From the NCBI GenBank assembly GCA_965367815.1, contig CBDUKN010000018.1:1-62470 (forward strand): a stretch of DNA of 62,470 nt, read 5' to 3'. The stretch comes from an uncultured Thermoprotei archaeon (lineage in GTDB: Archaea; Thermoproteota; Thermoprotei; Thermofilales; B15-G2). Position numbers and translations under genes: made by a program. The notes under the pieces were generated by a model. It saw only the letters and a list, made by a program, of their open reading frames with translations. It had not been told where the DNA came from and did not search any database. Of the stretch, positions 28,855-39,307 are shown piece after piece. The first letter of the stretch is position 1. Every line of letters begins with the position of its first letter.

Positions 28855-30281
28855 GGTGAGACCCCTGTTCTATATTCTATTTCAATTCTTCTCTCTCTTA
28901 TTTCGATTTTACCGATATTTATTGGCTTAATCTTTTTAGTTTTTAAAAATGTTGTACAGTAGTTTCCGCTGACAAAATCTTTGTCACAAAGTATGGCGTA
29001 GAGAAGCGGTATATTTGTCTTAATGCCTTTAATTACGTATTCTTCAAGAGCTATTTTTAGGCGATTAATTGCTTCAGTTCTAGTCTCTCCCCAAGCTATG
29101 ACTTTGGCTACAAGTGGGTCATAGTATGGGGGAATTTCATATCCGGGGTAAACGCAGTCGTCTACACGTATCCAAGGGCCCTTGGGTGGAAGGTATTCTT
29201 CTATAAGACCGGGCGACGGCGTAAAGTCACTTTCAGGGTCTTCTGCGTAAACTCTTACTTCAATTGCGCATCCTCTTGCACGAATATCTTCTTGAGCATA
29301 GCTGAGAGGCCTCTCTGAAGCTATTTTGATCTGCTCTTTTACTATATCCACGCCTGTGATCATTTCAGTTACAGGATGCTCTACCTGTATTCTAGAGTTC
29401 AGTTCCATAAAGAAGAACTGCTGTGTCTCGGGAACATACAAGAATTCCACTGTTCCTGCACTGACATAATTTATTAGCTTAGCAATTCTGACAGCAGTTT
29501 CACATATTTTTATTCTTAGATCATCGTCTAGTGCAGGTGAAGGAGATTCTTCTAAAACTTTCTGAAATCTTCTCTGGATGCTGCATTCTCTTTCAAATAA
29601 GTGTATGACGTTGCCGAATCTATCTGCAAGTATTTGGACTTCTATATGTCTTGCGGAAGGAAAATATCTTTCCAGATATAGTTCGCTGCAGCCAAAAGCC
29701 GAGGACGCCAGCTTAGAGGCTATCTTAAAGTTTTCCTCTAGTTCTTCTCTGTTGTTGCAAATGAACATTCCGGTTCCACCGCCGCCGAATCTAGGCTTCA
29801 ATATTACTGGGTACCCTATTTTTTCAGCTACTTCGATCCCCTCCTCTATATTAGTCACAGGCTTAAATGTCCCGGGAATAACAGGAATAGAGTTTTCTTT
29901 GAGAAAAGCTCTTGCACCTACTTTATCGCCTGAAAAAAGGTGAACTTTCGACGGAGGCCCTATGAAAATTATCCCTTCCTCTTCTAAGCGCTCAGCAAAC
30001 TTGGGATTCTGTGACAAAAAACCGTATCCCGGATGGACTGCGTCAACTTCTGCTTTTTTAGCTACCTTGACTATTGCCTCAATATTCAGGTAGCTTTGCA
30101 ACGGATCGGGTGGGCCAATACAGTAAGCCTCGTCAGCCAACAATACGTGTAGTGAACTTTTATCTGCACTTGAGTATATAGCTACGCTTCGAATACCTAT
30201 AGTTCTAAGACTCTTGATAATACGTACAGCTATCTCGCCCCTATTAGCAATGAGCACTTTCCGTATTTCCACTTTAGTCAC
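28827..30281 (-). CDS. accC: Biotin carboxylase subunit
   Basis: ANRGEIAVR, HPGYGFLS, ERECSIQRR, RIQVEHPVTE, YYDP. Confidence 0.93.
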   Translation of the reverse strand: MTKVEIRKVLIANRGEIAVRIIKSLRTIGIRSVAIYSSADKSSLHVLLADEAYCIGPPDPLQSYLNIEAIVKVAKKAEVDAVHPGYGFLSQNPKFAERLEEEGIIFIGPPSKVHLFSGDKVGARAFLKENSIPVIPGTFKPVTNIEEGIEVAEKIGYPVILKPRFGGGGTGMFICNNREELEENFKIASKLASSAFGCSELYLERYFPSARHIEVQILADRFGNVIHLFERECSIQRRFQKVLEESPSPALDDDLRIKICETAVRIAKLINYVSAGTVEFLYVPETQQFFFMELNSRIQVEHPVTEMITGVDIVKEQIKIASERPLSYAQEDIRARGCAIEVRVYAEDPESDFTPSPGLIEEYLPPKGPWIRVDDCVYPGYEIPPYYDPLVAKVIAWGETRTEAINRLKIALEEYVIKGIKTNIPLLYAILCDKDFVSGNYCTTFLKTKKIKPINIGKIEIRERRIEIEYRTGVSPWVLSGRIY

Positions 30282-30655
30282 CCTATCTCTGCTACAGCAG
30301 AGCCGCTTTTAATAAAGTCTCCTTCCCTGACGAGAATTTTTTTGACTACACCATCTTTGTGAGAGTATATTTCAACTTTAGTTTTCATAGATTCGAGAAC
30401 CGCGATAACATCTCCTTTCTTAACAAAAGATCCTTCCTTTACCTTAATCAAAATAACTTTGCCAGAAATAGGTGAGACAACACACTTTCTGGACGATATC
30501 CCGGAGGGCCTTTGTTTAAGAAATCCTTTAAATTTATTGGAAAAACTCTTCGGTCTGATAAGTGATTTAGAACTGAATGTAGAGCCAGTAAGAGAATACT
30601 CTATCTCAACATCTATAACTCGGTCTCCAAGAAAAACTTTGAACCTTTTTCTCAT
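30278..30655 (-). CDS. Biotin carboxyl carrier protein
   Basis: SPISGKV...LESMKT biotinyl-Lys motif. Confidence 0.88.
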   Translation of the reverse strand: MRKRFKVFLGDRVIDVEIEYSLTGSTFSSKSLIRPKSFSNKFKGFLKQRPSGISSRKCVVSPISGKVILIKVKEGSFVKKGDVIAVLESMKTKVEIYSHKDGVVKKILVREGDFIKSGSAVAEIG

Positions 30656-30674
30656 TAAATCACCTTAGTTAAGT

Positions 30675-30980
30675 CTAAGGATATTCTTCGATTTTAAGTT
30701 CGTATACTTTTTTCTCAGTTCTAATTCTTACTACAGTAGAATCCTCCTGTGGAACAAGTTCTATAAAACCTTTGAAAATCCTACTTTTGTTGGAAGATGA
30801 TTCGTCGGACAATATCCGCAGTACGGCATTTACCTTCAATGCACTGTTTGCTTTAATACTGCCCGAGATATTTAGTTTTTCAGGCATTACCATCTTAAGA
30901 GCCATAATGACACCCTTTGTCAATAGTCGAATTGTTGTTAAGCTACTGTCGAAAGGATATTTAAGCTTTATTTCATACAC
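30675..30980 (-). CDS. Hypothetical protein
   Basis: 101-aa ORF heading the BCCP-BC-IPK run. Confidence 0.55.
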   Translation of the reverse strand: MYEIKLKYPFDSSLTTIRLLTKGVIMALKMVMPEKLNISGSIKANSALKVNAVLRILSDESSSNKSRIFKGFIELVPQEDSTVVRIRTEKKVYELKIEEYP

Positions 30981-31192
30981 ATATAATATGGTTATAAAAT
31001 AAAATAGTTATATATCATAATAAAAACAAGAAAAATGTTAAATATAAAAATATTGCCGAAAAAATTATGATAAAGTAAATGGCTTGTAAAAAATACATGG
31101 AATTTAATAATTCATATAGGAATTTATGCTTATTTATCTAATACAGAATAACCTTTATCGTTTTTAAATAATATAGAAGAAAATACTAGCAA

Positions 31193-31250
31193 AGGTCAGC
31201 TCGTCGTGAGGTCTTCATCTGTCTAGACTGGAGCGGCTTCCATCATCCCT
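31193..31250 (-). ncRNA. Candidate C/D-box sRNA
   Basis: Minus strand: ATGATGG (C) ... ATGAAGA (C') CCTCACGACGAG CTGA (D); AGG/CCT terminal stem; GC-rich island in an AT-rich intergenic region. Confidence 0.7.
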
Positions 31251-31284
31251 TTTAATCAACGAGTAGGTGTAAATAAGTCTTTCT

Positions 31285-32550
31285 TTAATGCTCTTTTTTC
31301 TTCTTTTCTCTTATACCTAGTCTTTTCTCGAAGTATTCATCTATTTTCTTTCTAATGTTTTCTGGAATTTCTCTCTTGAAGGGTATTTCTTCCGCGTTAA
31401 TCATTCTTTTTATGAATTCCTCTGCTAGTATGCCTGGCGCTAAAAATCCTTCAGGTCCTATATAACGTAGATCGTCGTCAACTGTATGCGCATATATGCC
31501 TCTTCCAGTTGAGCGGAAAATATTTAATGCAGGAATTCCTTTGTCTGCGAAAGGTGTTCCATCAGAGCTCATTATATCGTGTGCAACACTTACTCTTATG
31601 CCTAGTTCTTTAGAAAGAGCCTCAATATAGTTCTTCATGCTTTCCGGTCCAGTAGCTATAGCTGAGGTTCTGCCGATACTAGCTCCATGGACGTCAAAAT
31701 TCACTACTAGCTTTATCTTCTCCAACTCATCTTTGTGCTGCTCGGTATAAGTCAATGAGCCCCTTAGTCCCAATTCTTCAGCAGCGAAGAAGGCTATTCT
31801 AATAGTTCTTTTAGTATCGATTTTTGAAAGTACTCTAGCGAGCTCAAGAAGTATAGCTGTTCCACCAGCATTATCTAGAGCACCTACTACACCGTAAACG
31901 CTATCATAGTGTGCGCATAACAAGATTATTTCATCGGGGTACTTACTGCCTATTTTCTCCGCGATAATATTGTATGATGTAGTCTTAAATTCTCTCTGAA
32001 GTAAGACTACTCTAGCTCGTTTAGCTCCCGACCTAACTAGCCTAAAGCAAGTATCGTATGTGATCTTAACTATAGGGCATGTTCCATGTCTCTTCCACTC
32101 ATAGGGTATTTCTACATGTGAAGGCTTGCGTGCAGGAGATTCTTCTGAAGAAACTATAGCTGCCGGCTTGAGTTTTATAAGGTCTTTGTATAACTCCAAG
32201 TTGACTGAAGTAGCGAGAAGAAGAATATGGCCTTCGCCTTGAGGCCAAAATCTCCTACCTCCATCTTCAATATATTTTAAGTCAGCTTCAATACCTTCCT
32301 CGGGAGTACATCCAGTAAAACCTACTCCAGCGCACTCCACTTTTTCCCTAAAGGGGGCAATTACCTCGAATTCTGCTTTCTTTATCTCGTATGTATGTAC
32401 TTCAAAGGCTTCTTCCTTTACTTCGCAGCCATATTCTTTAAGAGTACTAACTATATACTCTCTGGCTCTTTTTTCGCCGTCAGTGCCAGTAAACCTAGGG
32501 TAAGCTAAGTTTTTTACATGTTCGTACGCCTTATAGGGATCAAAGGACAT
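31285..32550 (-). CDS. M28-family aminopeptidase with PA-like insert
   Basis: AHYDS, GALDNAGG, AEELGLRGS, NFD, SDG, HT..D. Confidence 0.9.
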   Translation of the reverse strand: MSFDPYKAYEHVKNLAYPRFTGTDGEKRAREYIVSTLKEYGCEVKEEAFEVHTYEIKKAEFEVIAPFREKVECAGVGFTGCTPEEGIEADLKYIEDGGRRFWPQGEGHILLLATSVNLELYKDLIKLKPAAIVSSEESPARKPSHVEIPYEWKRHGTCPIVKITYDTCFRLVRSGAKRARVVLLQREFKTTSYNIIAEKIGSKYPDEIILLCAHYDSVYGVVGALDNAGGTAILLELARVLSKIDTKRTIRIAFFAAEELGLRGSLTYTEQHKDELEKIKLVVNFDVHGASIGRTSAIATGPESMKNYIEALSKELGIRVSVAHDIMSSDGTPFADKGIPALNIFRSTGRGIYAHTVDDDLRYIGPEGFLAPGILAEEFIKRMINAEEIPFKREIPENIRKKIDEYFEKRLGIREKKKKEH

Positions 32551-32636
32551 GTAACTCTAAACAGTAACACTGAATATAAGCTCTTCGAGACACTATTCTT
32601 CAGAAAATTCTTAAACGCACAGTATTTTTTAATGCA

Positions 32637-33308
32637 GTGACCCTAGCTAAGCTCTTGGCACAATATATCTATGAGAACTACAGAGAGTCTGTAGAAGAGA
32701 CTGCTAGAAAATTGTCTAGCTTAAGTCCGATCGACCTTTTAGTTTTAACTATTCTTTCACATAAAACTACAAGCATAAACACTATTAAAGCGTATAATAA
32801 TTTAAAGCAAGTAATAGAGATAAATGCCGAGACAATAGTTAAAACACCTTCAGAAGTAATAGAAGAGGCTATAAAGGTTTCAGGTTTACAGAAAGTAAAG
32901 ACTAATAGAATAAAAAAGGCTTGCGAATACATTCTCAAGAACTTTAACGGTAATCTAGACTTTATCAGAGATATACCGACAGATGAAGCGAGAAAAATAC
33001 TACTTCAAATACCTGGAATAAGCTACAAAACTGTAGACGTTATACTATTATTTTCCTTTAATAGGCATGTAATGCCTGTAGATGTTCACATAGCTCGTAT
33101 AGCTTTTAGAACAAGCCTATCAGATGGACGTAGAGATTATGAATATATAAGGCAGAAAATAGAGAAGTATTTTGCTAAATATGATTTTAAAATAATTCAC
33201 TTAGGTTTAATCGAGTACGGTAGAAAGATATGCCGGGCAAGAAAACCTAAATGTTCTATTTGTGTCGTTAGGGAGTGCTGCAAATATTATTGTTCTTTAG
33301 TTAAATAG
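32637..33308 (+). CDS. nth: Endonuclease III (HhH-GPD, 4Fe-4S)
   Basis: LLQIPGISYKT, PVDVH, CRARKPKCSICVVRECC. Confidence 0.88.
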   Translation: MTLAKLLAQYIYENYRESVEETARKLSSLSPIDLLVLTILSHKTTSINTIKAYNNLKQVIEINAETIVKTPSEVIEEAIKVSGLQKVKTNRIKKACEYILKNFNGNLDFIRDIPTDEARKILLQIPGISYKTVDVILLFSFNRHVMPVDVHIARIAFRTSLSDGRRDYEYIRQKIEKYFAKYDFKIIHLGLIEYGRKICRARKPKCSICVVRECCKYYCSLVK

Positions 33309-34231
33309 TCTAAAGCATTTTTATAAGTATTCCATATAGCCTTAACAGCGTCCTTAAATGCCGCTTTTTCTTCTTCAGTTATTTCGATCTCTATTCTTGG
33401 ACCTATATTTCTTCCAACTACCACTGGCCAACTTACGTGAACAGGGTCCTCAGTTATACTTGGGTCGTGATATGATGTAGCTATGGAAAGTATTTTTCTC
33501 TCATTAAGAGCTATACTTCTGACAACCTCGGTAAATGCTCCTGCAGGACCATAGGATGTTCTGCCGATACTCGAGATTATTCTTCCACCAGCTGTTTTCA
33601 CTCTCTCTGAAACTAGCTTCTTATCTATTGTCTTACCGGTCTTCTCCAAGTAGTCTTCGAGAGGTAAACCATCTATTCTAACAGAAGACCATAGGGGAAC
33701 CATAGAGTCTCCGTGCTCGCCTACAACGTAACACTCTACACTTGTTACTGGTACTTTAAGGTGATATGCTATTTCGGCTTTGAATCTAGCAGTATCCAGG
33801 GCGTTACCTGTGCTTATTACGAAGTCTTCTTTCGAGAACTTCTTGAATACAGAAGCCATAGCGTCAACAGGATTTGTTACAATAATATATTTAGCTCCCG
33901 GATTCCTGGAAGGCAGAGTTTCGGCTAACTCTTTCATTATTTTAGCGTTTTTACCTGCTAATTCTCTTCTACTTACCTTGGCTGTCTTCCTCGGAATACC
34001 GGCTGTTATAATAAATAAGTCGACGCCAGAAATTTCTTCCGCTTTTTCGTATTCGAATATCTCTACATCTCTTCGAAGAGCGGCTGCAGCATGTCTTAGC
34101 TCCTCTGCTACTGCGTGGAGAACTTGAGGAACTACGTCCATTAAATGTAGTTCCTCAACGTATTCTTCTCTTAGCAGAGAAAAGGTAGTCGCAGACCCTA
34201 CTCTGCCTACACCGATAATTCCTATCTTCAC
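33287..34231 (-). CDS. Malate/lactate dehydrogenase family
   Basis: GVGRVG, TAGIPR, TNPVD, LDTAR, GEHGD. Confidence 0.92.
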   Translation of the reverse strand: MKIGIIGVGRVGSATTFSLLREEYVEELHLMDVVPQVLHAVAEELRHAAAALRRDVEIFEYEKAEEISGVDLFIITAGIPRKTAKVSRRELAGKNAKIMKELAETLPSRNPGAKYIIVTNPVDAMASVFKKFSKEDFVISTGNALDTARFKAEIAYHLKVPVTSVECYVVGEHGDSMVPLWSSVRIDGLPLEDYLEKTGKTIDKKLVSERVKTAGGRIISSIGRTSYGPAGAFTEVVRSIALNERKILSIATSYHDPSITEDPVHVSWPVVVGRNIGPRIEIEITEEEKAAFKDAVKAIWNTYKNALDYLTKEQ

Positions 34232-34269
34232 AAACCTTTTGCACTAAAAGCAGATATATGCTTAATGCT

Positions 34270-35190
34270 TTACTCAAGTCGCTTTCTAAACCATTTAATG
34301 GTGTTCAGTAAACCTTTCTCTAATGGAGTTCTGGGCTTCCACCTTAAAAGCTCTTTTGCGAGCTTTATTGAAGCATAACTTTCTCTAATATCGCCAGGCC
34401 TTGGTTTCTCATATTGAATCAGAAGGTCTTCTTTCTCTGTAAGCTTTAAAACAAGTCTCGCAAGCTCGATAATCTTAGTAGGCTTTCCAGTACCGATATT
34501 TACAGTCACTACAGGTAAGTCGAAGTCTCTTTCAATGGCCTTGACGATAGCTAAAACAACGTCTCTAATGTATATAAAGTCCCGTACTTGATTGCCATCG
34601 CCGTGAATAATCAAGGGCTGGTTTCTTAAAGCTCTTGAAATAAAGATAGAAATTACTCCGGCATATTCTCCGCTCTGACGAGGACCATATACATTGAAAA
34701 GTCTTAAAATAACTCCTTTCATATCACAACTTGAGCTAAATGCATGAATATATGCTTCGCAAGCTACTTTAGTCGCGCCATAGGGATTCTTAGGTCTTAG
34801 TGGATGATCCTCCTCGATGGGAAGCTTTACAGGTTCGCCGTAAACGGCCGCCGATGAAGCAAAAATAATTTTCTTAATAAACTGTCTCTCCATAGCTATA
34901 AGCAGATTAAGTGTGCCAGAAACATTAACCTCATGATATCTCTTAGGCACGACAACGCTTTCCTCAGCACTAATTAATGCAGCTAAGTGAACCACGCAAT
35001 CAACATTCCTAACTACTAAATCTAAAGGCTCTTTACTAATATCTACTTTAAAGAACTCTAATCTAAGGTCTTTCAAGTACTTTGGAGGATCCCTTACATC
35101 GAGCGCTCTCACTTTGTATCCTCTCTTGGTTAATTCCTCACATAACCATGATCCTATAAAGCCACAAGCACCAGTAACTAGTACACGCAC
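34270..35190 (-). CDS. NAD-dependent epimerase/dehydratase (GalE-like)
   Basis: TGACGFIG, SSAAVYG, YGATK, FNVYGP. Confidence 0.92.
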   Translation of the reverse strand: MRVLVTGACGFIGSWLCEELTKRGYKVRALDVRDPPKYLKDLRLEFFKVDISKEPLDLVVRNVDCVVHLAALISAEESVVVPKRYHEVNVSGTLNLLIAMERQFIKKIIFASSAAVYGEPVKLPIEEDHPLRPKNPYGATKVACEAYIHAFSSSCDMKGVILRLFNVYGPRQSGEYAGVISIFISRALRNQPLIIHGDGNQVRDFIYIRDVVLAIVKAIERDFDLPVVTVNIGTGKPTKIIELARLVLKLTEKEDLLIQYEKPRPGDIRESYASIKLAKELLRWKPRTPLEKGLLNTIKWFRKRLE

Positions 35191-35274
35191 AGAAGAGAGG
35201 AACTCTTCTCGATTTTAAATTTATCTAAAATAACGCAAGGTCTTCTCCATAAAGTTTTATATTCTATAAAAACG

Positions 35275-35484
35275 TTACTCGTCTACTGAATAATATATAT
35301 TCAAACTGTAGATAAATAAAACTATTAATGGGCCGTCTATTAGTATCATTAACAGTATCTTAATTAAAATAGAGAGCTTAAAAACTTTTGCTGTTATATC
35401 TATATGTGTGAAAAGAAGTGCTATGACTGCAAGATAAGTCAACACTGCTGCAGTAAGTTCAAGAAACTTGGTAATTTTTCGCAT
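35275..35484 (-). CDS. Small 2-TM membrane protein
   Basis: Two hydrophobic segments; AT-rich TATA-like sequence upstream. Confidence 0.5.
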   Translation of the reverse strand: MRKITKFLELTAAVLTYLAVIALLFTHIDITAKVFKLSILIKILLMILIDGPLIVLFIYSLNIYYSVDE

Positions 35485-35759
35485 ATAAATATTATGTGAA
35501 GAAAAAAGTATAAATTTATAGGAATATATGCTTGAATATTTTCGTGCTCTATTTTTGCTTACAGCTAATTATTAATAACAAGAATATTGCTTCCACTGCA
35601 TTAAGAATCTTCTTCGTATGTGACAGTCTCCAGCGTTCAGCAATATCTACGCTTTTCACTCTACTTAAGGAAAAACGATTAGGGGGTCTCTTACTAGAGT
35701 TATGCTACGCTAAAATATTTATTGAATTCTAAAAATATAGCAATTAGCTTAATTAAATA

Positions 35760-36508
35760 TCAAAGTATTTTAATAATTTTAAGAGTAGATATAATAGCTA
35801 GGATTAGAATTGTAAGAAGCGTTTGCAGGTATTTCGGCTTTGTCTTTAAAGAGATTCTTCCTCCTATTCTTGCACCTATCATAGCATCTATTATAGTCGA
35901 AATTGCTGGTATCTGCATGACATTTCCACGGTACCAGTAAACGCATACTGCAACCGTGGCCATAAATACCGTTGAGAAAAGAGAAGTTGCAATAGCTTTA
36001 CGGGCATCTAATTTCATCATTTTTAGAAAAAGGCGGAAAAAGCAAGCCGCCGTTTGCATCTTTTATCTCGGCAATTAAGTTCAATATAAAAGCTCCAAGT
36101 GATACCACTAAGGGGAAGGATTTATTCTCTTGTAGATCCTTGGAGCAAGCTTGTAAAAATACATCTCTAGTACTGTTGCTACTGAACTTAAGAGAAAGAG
36201 TATAGCCAAAATTACTCTAGAAATTATTCCTACAAGTAAAGTGCCAGCAAGCAAACCTATGCTCCCACCTACAATGATGTATGCACCTGTTTTTATATCA
36301 ATATTCTTCCTATGAGTTAGCGCCCCAACTAACGATGAAAATGGAACTACAGCCAGATTTATTGCAAAAGTACTCAAAGGGGTATGCCTGAAAGTATTAA
36401 TAGTGACGTTCTTATAGAACCTCCTCCAATTCTAAACATCTCACCCATGAAGCCTGCAAGTAAGCCTGTAAAGAAGCAAAGTAGAGGCAGTAAATTTACA
36501 TTAGGCAC
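35760..36508 (-). pseudogene. TauE/SafE sulfite-exporter family pseudogene
   Basis: Fragments in different frames: ...GLLAGFMGEMFRIGGGS...IPL*, STFAINLAVVPFSSLVGA..., ...RKAIATSLF...GARIG; stops and frameshifts. Confidence 0.8.
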
Positions 36509-36663
36509 CGACTATATTTTCTCTCTAATCAGAGCTATATTTCTTTCTACTAAATCTGAAGAAAACTACTGTAAGACTCAGTGAGATACTGCTGTTTGTT
36601 TAAATAAACTAAAATATTTTAATAGAATAAAAAATTATAAATAAGGCTCTACTCTATAGCGGC

Positions 36664-39150
36664 TCAATAATATTCCTCTTCTTCGAAGTAGTCGATTCTA
36701 CGTGGTCTAGCCTTGGGTATTTTCTTGTTGAAGAGCGTCCACTCGAGGTTCTCGTCTTTACGTCCAATACCTAGTGCTTTCTCTAGAAGAATTCTTCTCT
36801 CAATGGATGCTACTAGGTGTCTTGTCTTTACTACAACATCTGGGTTGACGCTTATGCTGTCGATTCCGCATCTAACTAAGAATTCACAGAAGTCTGGGTA
36901 TACTGATGGGGCCTGACCGCATATTGAGACAGTGCGGTAGCCGTAGGGTGAGTTGTGCGCTGCTTTTATTAAGTGTGCTATTGCTCTTTTTACTGCAGGG
37001 TCTCTTTCGTCGAAGTATCTTGGATCTATTTTGGGTAATATTGCGCTGTCTCTGTCTGTTCCTAGTGTTAGCTGTGTTAGGTCATTGCTTCCTATGCTGA
37101 ATCCGTCGAAGTATTTTGCGAATTTATCTGCTAGGAATATTACTGAGGGTACTTCGGCCATGGCCCATACTTTAAAGTCTCTTCCGCTTTCAAGGCCTTC
37201 TTCTTTAAGTAGCTTGATGAATCTTTCTGCTTCCCATAGTGTTCTTACGAATGGTGCCATTACCCATACGTTCTTGAGGCCGTAGTCTTCTCTTACTCTC
37301 TTAATGGCTCTGACTTCTAGTCTAAATGCTTTTTCGTACTGTGGGCTGATGTATCTGCTTACTCCTCTCCATCCGATCATTGGGTTGTGTTCTTCTGGCT
37401 CGTACTTCTCTCCGCCCTTGAGCTGTCTGTATTCGTTTGTCTTGAAGTCGCTGAATCTTACTACTACTGGTCTTGGGTAGATTGCTCTAGCTACCATTGC
37501 TATTCCTTCAGCCATTTTGTCTACGAATTTCTCGTGCTGTCCTGTTTCAATTAGGTATAGTGGGTGCTCGCCAATGTAATCAGCCATAATGAACTCTACT
37601 CTCATTAAGCCTATTCCGTCGAATGGTAGATTCTTGTATTCTTCTATTTTCTCTGGTACGCCTAGGTTCATGTATATCTTGGTGCCTGTAGGCGGCTTGA
37701 TTATGATTTCTATTGGCGGTAGTTTTTCTTCCTTCTTTTCTTCTTTCTTTGGTGCAAGTAGTTCTTGGACTATTCCTTCATATACTACTCCTGTTTTAGC
37801 GTCTACTGTATATTCTTGTCCTGTTTTCATTACTTTAGTTGCATTCTGTGTACCAACAATACATGGTATGCCTAGCTCTCTGCTTACTATTGCGGCGTGG
37901 CATGTCATTCCTCCTTCGTCTGTAACGATTGCTGAGGCTAGTCTCATGTAGGGTACCCAGTCGGGGTTTGTCATAGTTGTTACCAGAATGTCTCCTTTCT
38001 GCATTAGTTTGGCCGCATCTTCGACGGATAGACAGACTTTTGCTTTGCCTGCGGCGATGCCTGGGCTAGCTGGTAGACCTTTAACAATGACTCTCTTCTC
38101 AGTTACGACTGCTGTTGGAGCAGCTTCGGGAGCTGCTGCCTCTTTTACGCTCCATACTGTTTCTGGTCTGCTTTGTACAATGAATACGTTTTCTGGGAAT
38201 GGTAGGTCTCTGTCTATTGCCCACTCTATGTCCTGAGGTCTGCCATAGTGCTGCTCTATCTTAATGCCTAGTTTTGCTAAGTACTTTACTTCTTCGTCAG
38301 TTAGGCATGGCTGTTTTCTTCTTTGTGGTGGTACTTCAGCATGTATTGTCTTTCCTGTCTTGGGATCTCTGATGTACTCTACTTTCTTTTCGACGATTCT
38401 TCTCTCGACAATTTCGAGTGTGTTTTTGTCTACTACCCATTCGTCGGGTGTTACTGCTCCGCTTACGACTGCTTCTCCGAGACCCCAAGAGCCCTCAATG
38501 ACTATTTTTGTTCTGTCTCCTGTAACTGGGTGGAGTGTGAACATTACTCCGGCTGACCTGGAGTTGACCATTTTCTGTACAGCTACGCTGATCAAGACTT
38601 TCTCGTGAGCGAATCCCTTCTGCTCTCTGTAGAATATTGCTCTTGGAGTGAAGAGACTTGACCAGCATTTCTTGACTTTATCTATTACTTCGTCTTCGCC
38701 CCATACGTTTAGGTATGTTTCTTGTTGTCCGGCGAAGCTTGCATCTGGAAGGTCTTCGGCGGTAGCGCTGCTTCTAACGGCGACAGGAACTACTTTCATT
38801 TTGAGACGTTTGCATAGTTCGCGGTAAGCTTTTCTTATGTCTTCTTCTATATCTTTTGGCATTGGTGTTTCTTCAATTAGTTTTCTTATCTTCTTGCTTG
38901 CTTCCTCGTAGAGCTTTGGATTGCTTTTATCAGTTATTGTTTCTCTTATTATTTCATATATTTTGTCTTTAATTCCTGTTTCTTCTATGAATCTTTTGTA
39001 AGCGTAAGCACTTACAGCGAAGCCTGGAGGTACAGGTATTCCGGCGTTAATCATTTCGCCGAGGTTTGCACACTTGCCTCCTACTAAGGGGACGTCTTCT
39101 TTTCTAAGTTCTTCAAACCATAATATGGTCTTAGTCTCGCGTGAGCTCAC
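36664..39150 (-). CDS. ppsA: Phosphoenolpyruvate synthase
   Basis: [38 protein letters not shown]. Confidence 0.96.
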   Translation of the reverse strand: MSSRETKTILWFEELRKEDVPLVGGKCANLGEMINAGIPVPPGFAVSAYAYKRFIEETGIKDKIYEIIRETITDKSNPKLYEEASKKIRKLIEETPMPKDIEEDIRKAYRELCKRLKMKVVPVAVRSSATAEDLPDASFAGQQETYLNVWGEDEVIDKVKKCWSSLFTPRAIFYREQKGFAHEKVLISVAVQKMVNSRSAGVMFTLHPVTGDRTKIVIEGSWGLGEAVVSGAVTPDEWVVDKNTLEIVERRIVEKKVEYIRDPKTGKTIHAEVPPQRRKQPCLTDEEVKYLAKLGIKIEQHYGRPQDIEWAIDRDLPFPENVFIVQSRPETVWSVKEAAAPEAAPTAVVTEKRVIVKGLPASPGIAAGKAKVCLSVEDAAKLMQKGDILVTTMTNPDWVPYMRLASAIVTDEGGMTCHAAIVSRELGIPCIVGTQNATKVMKTGQEYTVDAKTGVVYEGIVQELLAPKKEEKKEEKLPPIEIIIKPPTGTKIYMNLGVPEKIEEYKNLPFDGIGLMRVEFIMADYIGEHPLYLIETGQHEKFVDKMAEGIAMVARAIYPRPVVVRFSDFKTNEYRQLKGGEKYEPEEHNPMIGWRGVSRYISPQYEKAFRLEVRAIKRVREDYGLKNVWVMAPFVRTLWEAERFIKLLKEEGLESGRDFKVWAMAEVPSVIFLADKFAKYFDGFSIGSNDLTQLTLGTDRDSAILPKIDPRYFDERDPAVKRAIAHLIKAAHNSPYGYRTVSICGQAPSVYPDFCEFLVRCGIDSISVNPDVVVKTRHLVASIERRILLEKALGIGRKDENLEWTLFNKKIPKARPRRIDYFEEEEYY

Positions 39151-39307
39151 GAGGTCACCGTGATGATGATGACACCTAGTTTATATTTGTTTCTCTATAG
39201 CCATAAACTTCAGCTTTTCTTGACTTTTTCTCTCAGAAGACAGCACTAGGTAGCTTAATGTGGTGTGCGCGGAAAATATTAGCGAGTAGGCTAGATGTAG
39301 TGTTAGA

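Noticed and set aside
36713-38608. Many antisense ORFs within ppsA (likewise within cdc48, topA and malic enzyme)
   Set aside because: Shadow frames of strongly biased coding sequence; no motifs
39160-39172. GTGATGATGATGA upstream of ppsA
   Set aside because: No matching D box; lies in the ppsA leader and promoter region
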